Assembly (NCBI GenBank): GCA_965229205.1
Contig: CBDDIV010000003.1
Coordinates: forward strand, 2,363,576-2,427,575
Direction: 5' to 3'
Source of the DNA: Rhodoglobus sp.
Lineage (GTDB): Bacteria > Actinomycetota > Actinomycetes > Actinomycetales > Microbacteriaceae
Length of the DNA: 64,000 nt
Within the stretch, counting starts at the first letter, position 1, and each line of letters begins with the position of its first letter. Made by a program: the position numbers and the translations under genes. The notes under the pieces are model-generated. The model worked only from the letters and a program-made list of their open reading frames with translations, had not been told where the DNA came from and did not search any database. Positions 59,978 through 64,000 of the stretch are shown one piece after another.

Positions 59978-62038
59978 ATGAACACGTATCTCACTGCGCT
60001 CCCCGGAGCGTTCCGCAAGCTCGACCCTCGCCTCATGTGGCGCAACCCCGTGATGTTCGTCGTCGAGGTGGGCGCCGTGCTCACCACGGCGCTGGCAGTC
60101 GCCCAGCCTCTGATGGGTGTCGAAGACATCGCACCCGGCTTCACCGCCGGAATCACCGCGTGGCTCTGGGTCACCGTGATCTTCGCGAACCTCGCGGAGT
60201 CGGTGGCGGAGGGTCGGGGAAAGGCCCAGGCCGCCAGCCTCCGCCAGACCCGCACCTCGACAACAGCTCACGTCGTGGCTGCATCCGCAATCGAGCAGAT
60301 GAGCCCGACAGCTCCACTCGAGACCCTCGATCACCGTGATGTCTCCTCGGCAGACCTGGTGCTCGGCGATCACGTCGTCGTGTCGGCCGGCGAGGTCATT
60401 CCCGGCGACGGCGACATCGTGTGGGGAATCGCCTCCGTCGATGAGTCGGCCATCACCGGCGAGTCGGCCCCGGTCATCCGGGAGCACGGTGGAGACCGCA
60501 GTGCCGTCACCGGTGGCACCAGGGTGCTCAGCGACAGCATCGTGGTCGCCATCACCTCCAAGCCGGGCGAGACTTTCGTCGACCGGATGATCCGGCTCGT
60601 CGAGGGCGCCTCGCGCCAGAAGACGCCCAACGAGATCGCCCTCAACATCCTGCTCGCCACTCTGTCGATCGTTTTCGTGGTGGTAGTGCTCACTCTCAAC
60701 CCGATCGCGAGCTACGCGGGAGCCGCGGTGAGCATCACGGTGCTCGTCGCCCTGCTCGTCACGCTCATCCCCACCACGATCGGTGCCCTTCTGAGCGCCA
60801 TCGGAATCGCGGGAATGGACCGACTCGTACAGCGCAACGTGCTCGCGATGTCGGGGCGCGCCGTCGAGGCGGCGGGAGACGTGACGACCCTGCTGCTCGA
60901 CAAGACCGGAACCATCACCTACGGCAATCGTCAGGCGAGCGAGTTCCTGCCCGTCGGTGGCGCGTCACTTCGCGCACTCACCGAAGCGGCGAGTCTCTCC
61001 TCGCTCAGCGACCCGACGCCCGAGGGCAGCTCGGTCGTCGCGCTTGCAGCCGAGAAGGGCTTCGAAGCGCACGCCGTGGCGGATGCCGTGATCGTGCCGT
61101 TCACCGCCCAGACCCGCATGAGCGGACTCGACCTGCCGGACGGCAGCCAGGTGCGCAAGGGGGCGGGATCGATGATCGCCCAGTGGGTCGGCACCGTTCC
61201 GGAGGCAACCCAGAAGGAGCTCGGCGCGGTAGTGACCCGGGTGAGCGAGTCCGGCGGCACGCCCCTGGTCGTGGCCACCCGCGACGCTTCGGGTGCCGCG
61301 TCCGTTCTCGGCGTGATTCATCTCAAGGATGTCGTCAAGACCGGTCTTCGCGAGCGCTTCGCCGAGCTGCGTGCGATGGGCATCCGCACCATCATGATCA
61401 CTGGGGACAACCCGTTGACCGCGAAGGCGATCGCGGCCGAGGCTGGTGTCGACGACTTCCTCGCCGAGGCCACGCCCGAGGACAAGATGGCCCTGATCCG
61501 CAAGGAGCAGCAGGGCGGCAACCTGGTTGCGATGACCGGCGACGGCACCAACGACGCCCCCGCGCTCGCGCAGGCCGACGTGGGCGTCGCCATGAACACG
61601 GGCACGTCGGCGGCGAAGGAAGCCGGCAACATGGTCGACCTCGACTCCGACCCGACCAAGCTCATCGACATCGTGCGGATCGGCAAGCAACTGCTGATCA
61701 CCCGCGGCTCGCTCACGACGTTCTCGATCGCGAACGACGTCGCCAAGTACTTCGCGATCATCCCCGCGATGTTCACGGCCGTGTTCCCGGGGCTGGCGGT
61801 TCTCAACATCATGGGACTGCACTCGCCGGCATCGGCGATCCTCAGCGCGATCATCTTCAACGCTCTCGTCATCGTCGCCCTCATCCCGCTGGCGCTGCGA
61901 GGCGTCACCTACCGTCCCGTCTCGGCGAGCAAGCTGCTCTCACGCAACCTCGCCATCTACGGCCTCGGCGGAATCATTGCTCCATTCATCGGCATCAAGC
62001 TCATCGACCTCGTCGTGAGCCTTCTGCCCGGCTTCTAG
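59978..62038 (+). CDS. kdpB: K+-transporting ATPase subunit B
   Basis: [35 protein letters not shown] and RGSLTTFS motifs. Confidence 0.97.
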   Translation: MNTYLTALPGAFRKLDPRLMWRNPVMFVVEVGAVLTTALAVAQPLMGVEDIAPGFTAGITAWLWVTVIFANLAESVAEGRGKAQAASLRQTRTSTTAHVVAASAIEQMSPTAPLETLDHRDVSSADLVLGDHVVVSAGEVIPGDGDIVWGIASVDESAITGESAPVIREHGGDRSAVTGGTRVLSDSIVVAITSKPGETFVDRMIRLVEGASRQKTPNEIALNILLATLSIVFVVVVLTLNPIASYAGAAVSITVLVALLVTLIPTTIGALLSAIGIAGMDRLVQRNVLAMSGRAVEAAGDVTTLLLDKTGTITYGNRQASEFLPVGGASLRALTEAASLSSLSDPTPEGSSVVALAAEKGFEAHAVADAVIVPFTAQTRMSGLDLPDGSQVRKGAGSMIAQWVGTVPEATQKELGAVVTRVSESGGTPLVVATRDASGAASVLGVIHLKDVVKTGLRERFAELRAMGIRTIMITGDNPLTAKAIAAEAGVDDFLAEATPEDKMALIRKEQQGGNLVAMTGDGTNDAPALAQADVGVAMNTGTSAAKEAGNMVDLDSDPTKLIDIVRIGKQLLITRGSLTTFSIANDVAKYFAIIPAMFTAVFPGLAVLNIMGLHSPASAILSAIIFNALVIVALIPLALRGVTYRPVSASKLLSRNLAIYGLGGIIAPFIGIKLIDLVVSLLPGF

Positions 62039-62052
62039 AAGGAGAAGCAGTC

Positions 62053-62643
62053 ATGAGAATGAAACAGACCTGGACGGCGCTCCGCGCGCTGCTGATCTTC
62101 ACCGTGGTGCTCGGCGTGGGCTATCCGTTGCTCATCACCGGCGTCGGCCAACTCGCCCTGCCCTCGCAGGCGAACGGGTCACTCGTGCGCTCCGACGGCG
62201 CCGTCGTCGGGTCGGCCCTGATCGGTCAATCGTTCACCGATGCCGACGGCACCGCACTGCCCGAGTGGTTCCATTCCCGGCCGTCGGCCGCCGGCGCCGG
62301 CTACGACGGCGGTGCGTCGAGCGGGTCCAACTACGGGCCCGAGAATCCCGACCTGATCTCGGCCATCCAGGACCGCAAGTCGGCGATCGAGTCGCTGGAT
62401 TCCGTCACGGCCTCCGAGATTCCCGCGGATGCGCTCACGGCGTCAGGGTCCGGGCTCGACCCGCACATCAGCCCGGCGTATGCGCTGCTGCAGGTGCCGC
62501 GGGTTGCCGAGGCCCGCGGCATCCCCGAGGCGCAGGTGCGCGCGCTCGTCGAGGCATTCATCCAGGGCCGGGATCTGGGCTACCTCGGGGAGCCCACGGT
62601 CAACGTGCTGCAACTGAACATCGCGCTCGCGAAGCTGGGATGA
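62053..62643 (+). CDS. kdpC: K+-transporting ATPase subunit C
   Basis: YPLLITG, GSALIGQ, HSRPS, SGSNYGP, SGSGLDPHIS and VNVLQLN motifs. Confidence 0.96.
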   Translation: MRMKQTWTALRALLIFTVVLGVGYPLLITGVGQLALPSQANGSLVRSDGAVVGSALIGQSFTDADGTALPEWFHSRPSAAGAGYDGGASSGSNYGPENPDLISAIQDRKSAIESLDSVTASEIPADALTASGSGLDPHISPAYALLQVPRVAEARGIPEAQVRALVEAFIQGRDLGYLGEPTVNVLQLNIALAKLG

Positions 62644-62650
62644 TGAGGCC

Positions 62651-64000
62651 ATGACCAGGGGCAGGCTCCGCGTGATGCTCGGGGCCGCCCCCGGCGTGGG
62701 CAAGACCTACGCCATGCTCGAGGAGGGGCGCCGCCTGGCCGCTGCGGGCAAGGATGTCGTGCTCGCCGTCGTGGAGACCCACGGCCGCGCCGCCACATCC
62801 GCTCTGGTCGAGGGGCTGGAGCTCATCCCCCGGCAGTCCGTCGAGCACCGGGGCGTTGTGCTGCAGGAGATGGATCTCGAGGCCGTGCTGGCGCGCAAGC
62901 CCGAACTCGCCCTCGTCGACGAACTCGCCCACACCAACGCGCCTGGCTCCCCGCACGACAAACGCTGGCAGGACGTCGAGGCGATCCTCGGTGCCGGCAT
63001 CGACGTGATCTCGACAGTGAACATCCAGCACATCGAGTCCCTCAACGACGTCGTGCGCCAGATCACCGGGGTCGTGCAGCGCGAGACGATCCCCGACGCG
63101 GTCCTGCGCAGCGCCGACCAGATCGAACTGGTCGACCTCGCGCCCCAGGCCCTGCGTGACAGGCTCAGCGAGGGCGTGGTCTACCCCGCCGGTCGAGTGG
63201 ATGCCGCCCTCAGCAACTACTTTCGTCTGGGCAACCTCACCGCGCTGCGCGAGCTGGCCCTGCTCTGGCTCGCCGATGAGGTGGACTCGGCGTTGCGGCG
63301 GTACCGGGCGGAGAAGGGCATCGACAGCGCCTGGAATGCCCGCGAACGGGTAGTCGTCGCCCTCACCGGCGGTCGTGAGGGCGAGACCCTGCTGCGCCGG
63401 GGGGCACGCATCGCCAGCCGTTCGAGCGGCGGAGAGTTGTTCGCCGTGCATGTCACCACGTCGGATGGTCTCGCAGAAAGTGACCCCGGCATTCTCGAGG
63501 CGCAGAAGAAGCTCGCCGAGACTCTGGGTGGCACCTACCACCAGGTTGTGGGCGAGCAAATCCCGCGGGCTCTTGTCGAGTTCGCGAGGAGCGTCGACGC
63601 GACCCAACTCGTCATCGGGGTGAGCCGCCGAGGAGTTCTGGCGCGCCTCTTCGGTGGTCCGGGTACGGCTGCCACGGTGATCAGGGACTCGGGTGACATC
63701 GACGTTCACGTCGTCACCCACTCGGAGGCCGGCTCCAGGGCGCTGCCCACCTTGGGCGGCGCCCTGTCGGTGCGGCGACGGGTCGCGGGCTTCCTGCTCG
63801 CCCTCGGAGGTCTCCCGCTGCTCACTTGGGTGCTGTCGCTCTTCCGAAGCGACGAGTCGCTCGCGAGCGATGTCCTGGCGTTCCAGCTCTTCATTGTCAT
63901 CGTTGCGCTGGTCGGCGGCATCTGGCCAGCTGTAGCGACGGCCGTCATCGCGGGTCTCGTGCTCGACTTCTTCTTCGTCGCGCCGCTGTACACGGTGACC
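62651..64000 (+). CDS. kdpD: Sensor histidine kinase KdpD (truncated by the window end)
   Basis: GAAPGVGKTYAM, VDELAHTN, STVNIQH and NYF..GNL motifs, then a USP-like domain and DUF4118-type TM helices. Confidence 0.95.
   Translation, partial: MTRGRLRVMLGAAPGVGKTYAMLEEGRRLAAAGKDVVLAVVETHGRAATSALVEGLELIPRQSVEHRGVVLQEMDLEAVLARKPELALVDELAHTNAPGSPHDKRWQDVEAILGAGIDVISTVNIQHIESLNDVVRQITGVVQRETIPDAVLRSADQIELVDLAPQALRDRLSEGVVYPAGRVDAALSNYFRLGNLTALRELALLWLADEVDSALRRYRAEKGIDSAWNARERVVVALTGGREGETLLRRGARIASRSSGGELFAVHVTTSDGLAESDPGILEAQKKLAETLGGTYHQVVGEQIPRALVEFARSVDATQLVIGVSRRGVLARLFGGPGTAATVIRDSGDIDVHVVTHSEAGSRALPTLGGALSVRRRVAGFLLALGGLPLLTWVLSLFRSDESLASDVLAFQLFIVIVALVGGIWPAVATAVIAGLVLDFFFVAPLYTVT

Noticed and set aside
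58469-62038. 1189-aa ORF suggesting a giant KdpB or a KdpA-KdpB fusion
   Set aside because: The first ~500 codons are an off-frame shadow of kdpA (Arg/Gly/Pro-rich, no motifs). KdpB homology begins at ATG 59978, and kdpA has its own TAA.

Overview
High-GC actinobacterial chromosome, very probably Microbacteriaceae (inferred from gene order, GlnA/SepH sequences and a REP-like palindrome; no search run). The window is mostly conserved core genome: amt, nhaA, zapE, sseA-sufE, rnd, fadAB, dxs, acnA, dut, sepH, topoisomerase IV (parC/parE), sigA-murT-gatD, pepA-lpdA-sucB, lipB-lipA, glnA1/glnE/glnA2, panB, map, ppgK, and kdpFABC-kdpD running off the right edge. No rRNA, tRNA, CRISPR array, IS element or prophage was recognised. 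The strongest lead is a murT-gatD pair translationally coupled to sigA: GatD has lost its catalytic cysteine (it has no Cys at all) and MurT has lost its Zn finger, while MurT's ATP-binding and catalytic motifs are kept. This suggests the pair is repurposed, possibly as the ligase that builds the D-Glu alpha-carboxyl bridge of group B peptidoglycan (hypothesis). Other leads are a pore-degenerate Amt paralogue where glnK-glnD usually sit, a membrane-anchored pseudokinase between sucB and lipB, three small ORFs missing from the ORF track (KdpF, a second kdp peptide, a 55-aa protein), GlnR boxes, an 18-bp palindrome over the acnA promoter, a SigH/SigR-type promoter for the DUF4193 Zn-finger gene, two palindromic repeat elements, and at least 16 apparently leaderless genes. 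Start codons were re-picked by eye.
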